A stretch of 64,000 nt of DNA from positions 558,001 through 622,000 of the forward strand of contig MU008196.1 of assembly GCA_010909165.1 (NCBI GenBank). The letters are read 5' to 3'. A program made the position numbers and the translations under genes. Each line of letters starts with the position of its first letter. Position 1 is the first letter of the stretch. Below, piece after piece: positions 12,160-23,965 of the stretch. The stretch is from Anthoceros angustus. Lineage: Eukaryota > Plantae > Anthocerotophyta. The notes beneath the pieces are model-generated. The model saw nothing but the letters and a program-made list of their open reading frames with translations, did no database searches and was not told where the DNA came from.

Positions 12160-12530
12160 CGTTCGTCTGAGTGGTTACCCCAGCCACCATCATCCTTCAT
12201 CTCGCCATCTTCCTTCTTCAGACTCTTCCACGATTCACGATGTCGTTGGATTCGCCGAGAAATCACACTCCGCCTCACCCTCAACACTGGTGTCGTGGTT
12301 ACGTACCCGGTCTCGGGATTGGCGTGCCTCTCCCGCTGCAGATCCCGTGACCCACAGTCGCTACCGGTGCCACTCGCGCCACTCCCCAACACCGGGATCC
12401 CCATCTTATGCCCCACCCTTGCGCATTTGACAAAAGGTACATAACCCACTTGTTTTCGTGGTTCCGGGCATTCATTTGAGTAGTGACCCGGTGTTCCGTG
12501 AATTATACAAGACTTTGGAATCGCCATTGG
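12160..12530 (-). mobile_element. Retroelement Gag fragment with CCHC zinc knuckles
   Basis: ORF 12075-12527(-): C-IIHGTPGHYSNEC followed by a degenerate CARVGH knuckle. Confidence 0.6.
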
Positions 12531-14189
12531 CTCGTGATGGATCTGGTCTCAGTAAGTCGGCCTCGTCTGGGGCCTCATTACTTGAATCGATTTTTTTCGG
12601 TAGTGGAAATTTTAGAGAGAATTGACCTTTTGGTCATTGTTTTACCTGCATAAGAAAATTCATTGCAATAGTAGAAAATCATCTACCATCAAGGTACAAA
12701 ACAATTGAACCATCCAAGTGGGTAAAAATCATCTACCATCAAGGTAGAAAATAGAGCAAAGAGAAAACATGACGACTAAGTGAATACCACCGGTCTAAAG
12801 CTCATTCTAGAAATCCCACCAAAATCGCTTAACTGACAACAACATTTTCTCGTTAAATAATATTCATAGTGATCCTGTGATATACAAAAACCAACAAAGA
12901 AACCTTTTCTTGCAAGAGTTTCCGATATCCGTAATGGCATGAAATACAATTCAACTAATGAAGAGTAAATACCGTAATAGATTGAACTCGCTAGATTGAA
13001 CTCTACTTCAACAACAATGGAACCTACAAACAAAACGAAAACAGCACACAAACCGTGATTAGGCCGATACTAGAAAACACTGGAAATAATCATAGCAAAT
13101 ACTTAAGAAATGATACTCACCTTATTTAGGGAAATTGACTGTACAATTATACAGATTGAAAACGTAATTTTCACCACCACTTGGCTTGATTGGCTTGTCC
13201 AAAGATCATTATTGGCAACCAATTGATGAAGAGGACTTGGACGAAATTGTCCTTTCCCAAGGTCACAACCTAATAAAATACAACCATTGATTTTCAATGT
13301 ACCGCATTAATAAAGAGCATAAGAAAACTTACCAATCCCGACGGATTTTCGCAGACAGCGCAAATATCTCGAGGCACATTCTTCTCGCCTGCCTCTTTCC
13401 ACCGCAGCCTCAACCTCTTGCCGCTCTATCCGCTCAGCCTCTTGATGCTTAATGTGCTCTTGTCTCCTCTCCACATTTCTCCGCCTCAATCTCAAGGGCT
13501 TTCTTTGCTTAGAGACTCGTAATTCAACCGCGACGCCTGCTCTCTATAAGAGCCTCCAAATCCTTTTGCCCTGAAACTCCAATTCGCTTCGCCTCATCAT
13601 ACTCCACCCCGTACGCTAATCTCGAAGTCACCAAAGCCACTTCCATTTCCATTTGCAACACAGTCAATACAATATCCAGAGGTGCTACCACCACATTTCA
13701 TCCCGGTTAACTTCGGATGATGATCACTCACTATGCACAATGCCCTCCAACAGAGGGACCATCGCATCCACTTCCCTCGTATCAATGTTGAAATGAGGGA
13801 CGAAGGTTTCCACTAGTCGCAGGATTCACAACCCGCCAAGATAAACATAATCGAAACTCCAAAAGAAGTGAAAACAAACAAACAGAAAAAGAATCAACCT
13901 TGTCAACATATGGAATTTCACTAGAACACCCAGCTTGTTGGTCTCGCTTATCCATCCGATGCCATCGGAGGTATGTTTGCAACCAAAACACCACGCCTCC
14001 CACCCCTGAATAACAGAGACCAAGATGATTAAAACAGATCCAACATGGCTGCATCGCAAGGAACCCGATAATACTGTGGACTACGGACTTCCCCAAGAAA
14101 TTAGGTAGGATTTTGTTTTTGTGGGAGCGAAGGATAGAACGAGGCTAAAAGGAGGAAATAAGCCCTGCTAGCACCTGACGGCACCGAGT

Positions 14190-17100
14190 ATACCCCGACC
14201 GAGTGAGGAACGACTAGACCTAATGGCGGCGTGCACGGGTACCCACCCACCTGTGACCAGGTGATAAGTACGCCGTGGAAGGTAACTTAGAAGTTGGAGC
14301 GTAAGGAGATCGGGCGACGCCACGTGACGACCCCGAGTGGAGGACGCATGCGCTGGTCAGACTGTAACCTGCTGAGGCCGTTATAGCGGTGTATTCACGC
14401 CTGGCGCGCGCGGAGTAAGGCGAGTACGTCAGAAGCGCCAGAGTGCCATGCACCGGCGCACGGACAGTGGAAGAGGCGCCCCGCCCAGTTACTCAAGGCG
14501 TGGTCGCGAAGAAGGTCCTGGCGCACCGAGACACCGCGATCTCGCGCCCCGCACCGCTCCGCGGTATCTCGGGACACTCGACGCGCGGCTCACCGCTGAG
14601 GTCGGAGAAGCGAACGCGCGGGAGGCTCAACGCGCTGCCAGCCTTCGACAAGCGGCGAACCAAGGGAGAAGAAGGCGATGGCACCCAAAAGCCATGGAAG
14701 TTTGGGAGCCATGGAACCTTGTGGAGCGCAACATTGTGACCCGCGCTATCCGGACTTTGGGCTCGCCCAGGAAGCGGGGAATTGGTGCAGGAGTGGCATT
14801 TGGACGTGTTCCAAATGGTCTGGACCTTTGACGGTCACCGTCCGGAGTTTGCCCGGAAGATGCTGGCGGCGGTCAACAAGGAGGTGCGGTCCAAGAACCT
14901 CCGAGAGGACCCAAGGCGATGGACCTTGAGGTCCCAAGGCGGCCTACAACCGCCCCAAGGAGGAAGAGGGGAGGGTGCCGAGCCCTCAAGGCGGGGAAGA
15001 TAGGTCCACCACAGCGATGCTAAGGCTCGACGAACGGACCACCAACGGTTGGTCGATATCCGACCTGCTGGATGAGTCGTGGCGTGGCCCGGATCATCGC
15101 CCATCGAACCTACTACCAAGGTGGATCACCTTGGTGATAATCTATTAGTGTTCCCGCACGCTGCGCCGGGGAAGAGGGCGACTGGGAAGGATTATCTTCA
15201 CCGTTTAGCTGTGAAGCTCGCAAGCTCGTGGAGCGAGAAGCCCCGCCATCTGGCCGCCCCATACCGATCCATGTATGGGGCATTTCAACTCCTCGTGGAA
15301 GGAGAGCTTGAGCGAGCGCCCGAAAGGACCGGAGGCCTCCCAAGTGGAGCGGCAAGGGCGCCGGAGGAGGAGGCCGTCGACAAAACCAAACGGACTGGAG
15401 GAGGATGACGAGGATTCCGACTCCATACGCCTGGAGCGGACCCCTCACCACCTGTGGAAGTATGGAAGCACCCCGCCTCCTTCCGTGCCCCAACCACCAA
15501 GCAGAAGGCCTGCCCCCAAATTTCACCGGCCATCACTCCTACCGAGGAGCCTCACGACTGTGAGAGAGCAAGAACGCAAGACCACGGCTACCAACGCACC
15601 CTGGGCTGCAAGATTCTTCCCCGCCGACGAGTGGCAAGAAGGAGGAAGCGAAGGAGGGCGTAAAGGGACGCCGCCTGTGGAGCGGAGGACACCGCGCAGC
15701 GTGATCCGAGCCGGGTCCTGCCGCCGATGTGAAGGGGCAAAGGGCGTTCCTGACTCCATCACCTCCGCCGAGCCTGTGAAAAAGGGCGGAGAAGGAGCTC
15801 GCGCCAAAAGGGCCAAGGAGGGGAAGCCCGAGCCAAGACTCGTGACCTAAGGGTCCCGATTGTCCGAGAACCCACCGACTTGCCCGGATCATGTATGGAG
15901 GTCCTGACGGACTGGAGATGCCGCCCCGCAACGGACTTTGTGGGAGCCTCACTCAGCCGCCGTGGAGGAAACACGGCGGTCCTGCCACCGCCATGGACGT
16001 ATGCCTGGGTCTGTAAGGGATGGCCGAGAAGGCCTGTGAGGTGGAAGCCACCCGAGGCGCATGGTGCTCCTCCGAGTGCTGGAGGGAGCCTGTGAGGCGA
16101 GAAGGAAGGCCGAAGCTCTCGGCAGGATTGAGGAAGGAAAACGCCGGGAGGCGGAGAGGGAGGTTTGGTCCATCCGCAAGGACCGGACCAAATTCCTTCA
16201 GCTGGAGGAACAGCTGAAGCAGGCCAAGGAGGCCCAAGCGCGGGCGGAGGACCTCTGCAGGCAGAGGGGCGTAGCGCAGCAGGAAGCAGAGGACGCCCGG
16301 GCGCAAGCGGAACGGGCGCGGGATCTCGCGGAGGCAGCCCGACTGGACCAGAGCCAAGCTGGAGAGGCTCAGGTGAAGGTGGCCAAGGAGGCGGAGGCCA
16401 CGGCGAGGCCGATCGCGATCACTATCGGATCGAACCGTGGAGAGAGGCCGAGAGAGCCGCGCCAATCAAGGCCGAGCAAGTGGTCATGGAGCAAGCACGC
16501 GAGCCGTGAGGAGGCGCTGAGGCCAGCACCCGGGAGATTGGGGACCCTGTGGTGCAGCAGCAGGAGGTAGAAGGGCGGAGGCTGGAGCGGAGGACAACAA
16601 GGACACCTTTGAGTTGCAACCCAAGATGCACGGAGCAGGGGTTCTCAACGAGAATCCAAGACTTCGAGCGAGGTGGAACGCCGCCTCCGGGCTGTGGAGC
16701 CTGACGGATACGCCCGCCTGAGAAGGAAGTGGAGGACCTCCGGAAAGAATAGAAGAAGGGAGGAAGGCACTGGAGGAAAAGGTACATCGTCCCAGGAAGT
16801 GAGGAGCTCACCCATGGCCCGCAAAATGGCTGAGTAAGCAACAACGGGAGGAGGAGAACGCCGAGCAGCAAGGTTGCAAGAGGTAACGGAGGCATTTTGA
16901 CGGCCTCAAGGGAGTCCGCCCGCCATACCGTGAGCTTGGCCACGAGACAGCGCCAAGAAAGTGGGCGATCCGCCTGCCACGAGCACCTTGAGGAGGGAGT
17001 ACCGGTGCCCGGCTCATGTGGAGGAGGCGATTCAAAGAAGTCGATTCCGCCTTACCACGCAGAGCTCCTCAAGGCCTGGAGGTCCCGCGCCACCCCAGTG

Positions 17101-18554
17101 GGGAGGGTGGACTCCGGGACCAAGGAGGAGGAGGACGGACCCGGGACAAGACAACCGCTGGAGTCCTAGGAGCGCCTGCTTGACGACGGCAGCAGAAGAA
17201 GGAGAGCAGCTGGAGGAACCGGAGGAGGAAGGGGCCACACCGAGGTAAGCTCAGACCTCGCATGGAAGGACGAGGAGGATCTTGAAGGGGGGCAACCGGG
17301 CATTCGGGAACCAAGGGAGGGCTCATGGATGAACCTGGCTAGCCCGGGCGAGGAGGCATGCCCAGAGTCGAGGGTCCTGACTTTGTCCTGACTCGAGGAA
17401 AGGCCGGACCCGAGGTCCGCCCAAGGAAGTCCGACTTAGGGATCCAGACTCCAGTGACGAGTCCGGCCCCGAGGTCCGACCCTGTGGAAGGGTTGGGTCC
17501 AAGACCGACCTGAGGCTCCCGGCCCCGAGGACCGGACTCAAAGAAGGCCGGCTGGGGAGACCTGACTGGAGGGAAGACCGGACCTAGAGGTCCGGACCGA
17601 GTCGAGTGGTCCCGAGGTCCAAACTCGGGAGTGGGGAGAGCCATCACACCAACCCCAGCAGATCCAACTTGAGGGCCCATCGCGCAGGGCCCGCGAGAGA
17701 GAAGAGGGAGGACGAGGAGGACTTGGTGGTGATCGCTGCCGCCGCCGGTGGCATGGCTGCACCGGAAGAGGAAGGGTCCCGCCGCGATCATCCGATTGGT
17801 GCGCCAGCTGTGGCTGTTTTGGGGCCGCCGTGCCAAGAAGGAATGAGGGGCTATCCTCCCCACCACCGACGGCGGCGATAGGTGGAATAGGCGTAGTAGG
17901 CGGCTGGTTAGGTACCCCGAAATGGCCCCTCACTGCAGAGGTGTAATAAAGGCGCCGACCTTCGCGAGTATATAAGAGGGCCAAGGCCGCCCGAATAAAT
18001 CATCTTCTCTTGGTGTTGATGCCGCTCTGCACCTTTGTGTGTCTTCTTGCTAACGTGAGTCCCGAGTCACCGAAAGGTGCACGATCCCGGGAGATTGACT
18101 GTGGTCCCGTGACGACCCTAACGTGTTGTGGTGTGCAGGAAGGGTGATCCCGTGCTCGCCGGAGCCGCGCAAAGACCGAACGGACTGAACGGTGAGCCGA
18201 GGAACTCCGGAGGGCGGCAGCCCGGACGGAGAGGCCCGCGGAACGACGAGGAGGTCCGGACTGTAACCCGCGCTTTTCTAAGACCGAGGAGTGTAGCGTG
18301 AGGGAGAGAGGAAAGGATCGATGTGAGTGAGTGAACGATACGGACGCGAACGGGTCTCTTAAACGCTTGGCCATACCGGCCCAGACGGTGAACGCTGAGT
18401 AGTTAGAGTATGTGTGTTGAGGTCAACGAGCGCGGCGGTAGGAATCACCAAACGCGGTAAACGGAGCCTATCATTCCTTTGGGAACGGACTTTCCTACAA
18501 CGACACGGGATTGTCGCCAATATTATCACCGAAAGTCGCGCCACAAATACCAAC
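14190..18554 (+). mobile_element. LTR retroelement family B, 3' part: accessory ORF, coiled coil, GGTCC-rich repeats, LTR
   Basis: Colinear with the reverse complement of 48751-51400 (shared GATAAGT.CGCC, TTAGAAGTTGG, GGCCGTTATA.GCGGT.TATTCACGC, GGTGTAATAAAG, TATAAGAGGG). Coiled-coil ORF at 16061-16570, LTR ~17894-18554. Confidence 0.65.
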
Positions 18555-18569
18555 TGAAACTTGTGATAA

Positions 18570-21500
18570 AGTGGACCACATGGTGCTGAAAACTCGATGG
18601 TCGACATTGTTCGAGGTCTCGCTTTATGATGAACAACAGGAGGGGCATAATTTAACACACAAAAACAAGTCGTGACACGATTTTGACAAGTCCCTACAAA
18701 CTTGCAACAAATCTCAAACACTTACATTGTTAACTTGCACTCGCAAGGGTTGATCAGTGACTAGAAAATACAATTTCGGAGTCACATTGAGGACATTGAC
18801 GGAAGAACACCCTTAAATCATCCCGCATCCGATTAAGTTCTTCGCTTCCCTGATAGGATCGCTCACCAGAACAAGGACTCTTCTGTTGCCTGCTTGCTTG
18901 ACCGACCGGTCATATCCGCAAACCATATCGAACATCGGGAAGGAACATACAAAGGACTCAAATGTCACAAGCTTTCAAAACATATTACCTTGAGAATCCA
19001 AAGATCCGTTTTATGGCCACACACTCTCCCAAAGATCGAAGGCACCGAGCCATCAAACGTGTAATCATTGTTACACGGCAGCTCTTATTGGTGTAATAGC
19101 CAACGAGCCCAGCTTCCATGGTCTTCATGAACCTTGACAACATTCCTTTTGAAACACGGAGTTTTGCATACCAAGCCTAGCCAAAAACAAAACAAGCTTA
19201 GTAAATACAAACCACAAAACTTAAGCCCAAATAACAACAAACTTACATTTGATCTTGGGTTATCAATCGTTGAATTGAACAAAACCCCGAATTGATGATT
19301 TTTGTCGCAGACCACTTGGGAGAGTGTTCAATACTCTAAAAGTTTCGATAACATCCTCGTCAGAATCTTGACCTTTGACTAAATGCTCACTGGTAATTCT
19401 TCATGTCCACTTTGTAATTTTTAAAGCCGTTCTTGATACCGCAAATAAGAAGCTTAATACAAGACATCAAACGTCAAAGATACAATGAACAAAACAACCA
19501 AAACATCCGAACAAAAGGTCCACCAAAGAACGAGAAGTCCTCGATGAGCGTTATGTAACTCTTCACCACCTCGAACTCCAAACTGGTCATGCAAAAATAT
19601 GCACACCGCAAACAATAGAGCATAAGGCCTGTTTAAACCATAAATGAACAATCAAGTGCACCCCTAAACCAACAATATTACCTTTTTGAGCCCCGCCCAA
19701 ATGAGCATTGATGATCTCGTGAAAGAATCACCATCATCATCGAAATCAACTTCACCTCTTTTCGACATGACACAATCCCAAGGTCCTTGCTGATTTTCAT
19801 GGACAACCACGCTGGACCCATGGAAAATTCCATGAAACATGTTGATCATCGAACATCGAACCAAGCTTTGGTTAAGATGCACTTCCTTGTTAAAATTCGT
19901 TAAAACCACGAAAGAAAGACATCAACCGCAAGAGAGAATCAAAATCACCATGTGAAGGAAAGTCGAACTATCAAAATCAACAAGTAAAAAACATCACTAC
20001 TTACGTTTCGGAGAAAATCTTGTCCTTGATTCGAACTTGATGGAAAAAGGATATCGAATAAGATTTAGATCCTTGTGAGGATATCCTCAACAGAGATCCC
20101 ATCCCGACCCCACTCACTTTCATAAAGGCCCGAGACGACTTGACACCGCTTATTCCGCTTTGGACCTATCCTCCCACCACTCAAAGCATCATTCACAGCT
20201 CCCTCCGGGACTATTGGGTCAAATCCGCCTCAAAATTGCTTCATCATCAATTTCCTCCATACCCATGGCAAAGTCATCTTCGGATCATCACACTTTAGCC
20301 TCTCAAACATATCGAGCACTTCTTGATCGTGATGACTCTGTGGTCGGGAACCACAAGCATGGAAACCGCTGTAAAGCATTCTGCTCAGGCAGCACACAAA
20401 TCTCTAGACTCCAGACAGTTTTGGCAAGACTCACAACCATGGGATCGCCGTTATCAAGAAATCATTCTCCCCACAACCGGACCCCTCTCTCGATAATCGG
20501 GACATAGTTAGTAATCGCAAGAGGACCTTCAACCAATGCCACAGTCGAGTGTCCACCCTTCTCCTCTTCTCGAACAAACTCACGCACGCGAGCATCCTTC
20601 TTGGATGAGAAGTGCCTTGGCGGTTTAGGAATGTCTTTTGGGAACTAAATAAGTTCCTTCACTGTGCACCAAGACACCATCAACTTTACCATCATCCTGC
20701 GTGGATGGGGATGAAGAATCATGGATTTGACACGCTCTTGTGTAATGGCTTAGCCATGACTTCACCAAGGACCCTTGTTTTTTCCAGTCCAAGGCCCAGT
20801 GGGTTTCTTTTAGGAGCCATCCGCAAGCCAAAAAAAGAATTAGAATGGACAAGGAACAAAACCATCCAAAAGGAGAACTTCAAAAACAAACAAAAAAAAA
20901 AAAACACTTACGTGGTGTTCGAACTTCCAAAACGAACTTCTCAAGGGTCTAACAGATGATTATAAAACAATCCAAGACAAAGAGAGGGGTGGGGGACATG
21001 GCATGAACATTCATTGAATCTACACATTGTTAAATTTAGTGATCCTTTCCACTTTATGTTAGTGAGAGAAGAGCACTCCTTCCAAAAATACCCACATATT
21101 TCGTAATTAGACCTATTTGCCAAATAATAAGAAACAAAAATATAGCCCCAGCAGACAAAACAAACACTACGCATAACGACAACATTCAATCGTGACTAAT
21201 CAAGCAAGAAGAGGTTATCCGATCTGCTGCAGACAGAATCAACGCGTTGTAGGCCAACCCTTCACACGATGAGGAAGCCTACACAAAAATTTGAATTAAA
21301 TAACTTATAAGTGGTACCAAAGCAAACTCTTACCACATGAACCAAACAATGACGAAAATGACAAAGACCATCGGTCAATACATACGAATCATACCATATC
21401 AAGGATAACACATAAACAAAACTTCAACCGCACCAAAGCTTGTCCAAGAAAGCTTGTCCGCACAAGGAAACCAATAAGAAAGAGAAGCACGTTTTGCATC

Positions 21501-23962
21501 GACAAAACAAACAAACGACATTATAATGTGTCATTATGCGAGTTGAAAAAGTAAACCAGGACAAATGTAACTCAAGTCAATTTTTGTTTAACCAACACTC
21601 TCTTACATTAAAAATCTTATGGCCAATTACTTCTGCATAAGAATACAAAACAATTAAAAAATGCTGCTCAACATAAAGAACAATGCAAGGTAGAAAACAA
21701 GATAGATAGCATTTTTCAAGAACATATGTAAAGCGAGTAACAAAAGACGCTTCGCATCAAAACAAGGTCCCAAATGTGTCCGCCACTACATCCAAACCTT
21801 GACTGCATCAAAACAGCGGGAGAGAGTAAGATCACACGAGGAAGGCGAACGCTGTCCGAGAAAGAACAAAAAGGCAAGCTTTGCAGACTGACAAAACAAA
21901 CAAACGATAAACCATGAACCATGACAAAGGACAAATGTAAAGACAACATTACTTTGCAAAGGTCATAACCAACCTCTCTTACGTCCAACAACCTCTTGCA
22001 GCCGATTACTCCTGCGTTTCAAAAAGGAATAGAAGACAATAAGAACAAAATACTGCTCAACATTATGAACAATGCAAGCTACTGAAGAGAAGATAACATA
22101 CATTTTCCAACAGCAACATATGCGTAAACGCAGAGTAACCAGTTGACACAAAAGACATTTGATGACTTACCAAAGTGGTCCCGATCTATGACCGCCACTT
22201 CAAACGAAAACTTGACTGCATCAAAACACAGCGGGAGAGGGTTACAACACACGAGCAAAGCGAGAGCTGTCCGAGAAACAAAGACTTGCACAGCGCTTTA
22301 AACGCATACATTTTAAACCAACAGAAACAAAACTACACGAAGACACACAGGAACCGAAACCTAAATAACAAAATCGATCAGGTAACGCGATAGAGACAAG
22401 AAGACAAGACAAAAGAAATGATACCAAGCCATGGAACCACAACGACAACAAGCAGATAAAGGGGACACTTCCAACAAACAAACAAACAAGCAATACGAGA
22501 TTTTGCAGAAGAGAAAGAACACAAGTATCACACATGCAACAGAATGAACAAAAGTAAGCTAGCCAACCATAAGCTCGAAGCTCCAAGTCGAAGACATTAC
22601 GGCTGGTCGCTTACAAAAGAGGAAGTAACACCATCGACGCGTAAGCAAAACAAGATCGAACGAATTAACTACAAAGAACGAGAAATCATAGAAACAAAGA
22701 GCACTAGGGACATACAAATCGATAACATCTTAGCGTGTCTTTCCTAAGAAATATAAACAATCACGCAGTGCAAAGAACAACATCAACAGGGAAAATACAC
22801 AAAACATCCTACGATATATATAGAAACTTGAATACACTACCACCATAGAGGTAGACAAAACACCAAACCCAACAGAGACTAGAAAACAAGAATGAAATGA
22901 CAAAGCGCCAAATACACTACTCCGTAGCAACGAAGCAACAACAAAACCGCAAAACAACAAGACACAAAACAACAGATAGAACAAAAAAAACAACGTGAAC
23001 GCAGATGGACAGCGACTTCAAATGGAGCAAAAGGCCTTAACCTTTGCTAAACCTTGGCCTTCGGTACTAAAACAACCTTGGCCTTGGACTAAGCAAGCAC
23101 ATGGACCTTAGAGGCAAAGACACCTTGGCCTTCGAACATGGGAACCCCTTGGCCTTCAAAAGAACCTTCAAAACAGAAAGCAAAACCTTGGCCTTCGAAA
23201 CAAACTTTACAGACCTTGGCCTTCGAACGAAGGCGAGAAAGGCCTTAACCATTGGAAAGGGCCCGAAAGAACCTTGGCCCAAAACTTAAACGACCTTAGC
23301 CTAGCGAACCTAGAACACCTTGGCCTTCAATGAGCTACATGCACCTTAGCCGGGAGCGAACCAAAGACGCTGGCTCGCTAAACTAGAACTAGAGCTCCTT
23401 CCCAAATGAAGGAAGACCTTGGCCTCTGAAACTAAACACTGAGCAAAACACCTAAGCCTTGGCGGAGACTAGACCACCTCGGACTTGAAAAAGAGAATGA
23501 CAAAAGAACTCGCCGAGGGAAGCCATTTATATAGGCCAGCAAACCCTAACATTCTCACTCTGGGCGCGCTTCTCTACCAAGCTGGTTTGAATTTACCGAA
23601 CCTAACATTCCGAGCCCAATTCCAAACCAACGTAGGTTTGCCACCGCTGCCCCTACTGCTCAACCAAACCTAGATTCAATTTTCCAAACCTAGCCTAACC
23701 AAGACCAAACCTAATCTCCGAACCCCGATGCAGCAGTATGAACCAAGCTACCGCCAACCACGATCGCCACGCACTACCCCACCATCGAACCATCTAGAAC
23801 CTAACTTTCAGTACTTAAACAAAGATGCACATAGGGTTACCGGGTCACTACTCAACACACCGCCAGCCAGGGTCAGCAAGCACGGGCGGTCCGTGACACG
23901 ACTGATCGCCACGCCAGAGTGACCATTTTAACGAGCCCTATTCCTCCATTCTAAAGTAGACA
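18570..23962 (-). mobile_element. Family D: long LTR and A/C-rich leader region of a large Gypsy-like element
   Basis: Minus strand begins TGTCTAC (forward GTAGACA 23956-23962). TATA GGCCTATATAAATGG at 23523-23537(-), a tandem motif array, a long TTTG-rich leader and a frameshifted ORF starting MAPKR at ~20820. The second terminus was not found. Confidence 0.5.
23030..23470. repeat. Array of ~12 ACCTTGGCCTTCG-like motifs
   Basis: Directly visible recurring motif with variable spacers. Confidence 0.85.
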
Positions 23963-23965
23963 GAT

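Noticed and set aside
11662-12160. Ala/Arg/Gly-rich ORFs after the second family C repeat
   Set aside because: Same GC-rich decay and no recognisable protein.
13535-13560. TATA hairpin GCTCTCTATAAGAGC as an LTR promoter
   Set aside because: It lies within a degenerate minus-strand coding-like region, with no other LTR features or a second copy.
14168-14190. tRNA-Asp-like primer-binding site on the minus strand (CGGTGCCGTCAGG)
   Set aside because: Lacks the TGG start and there is no adjacent correctly oriented LTR end.
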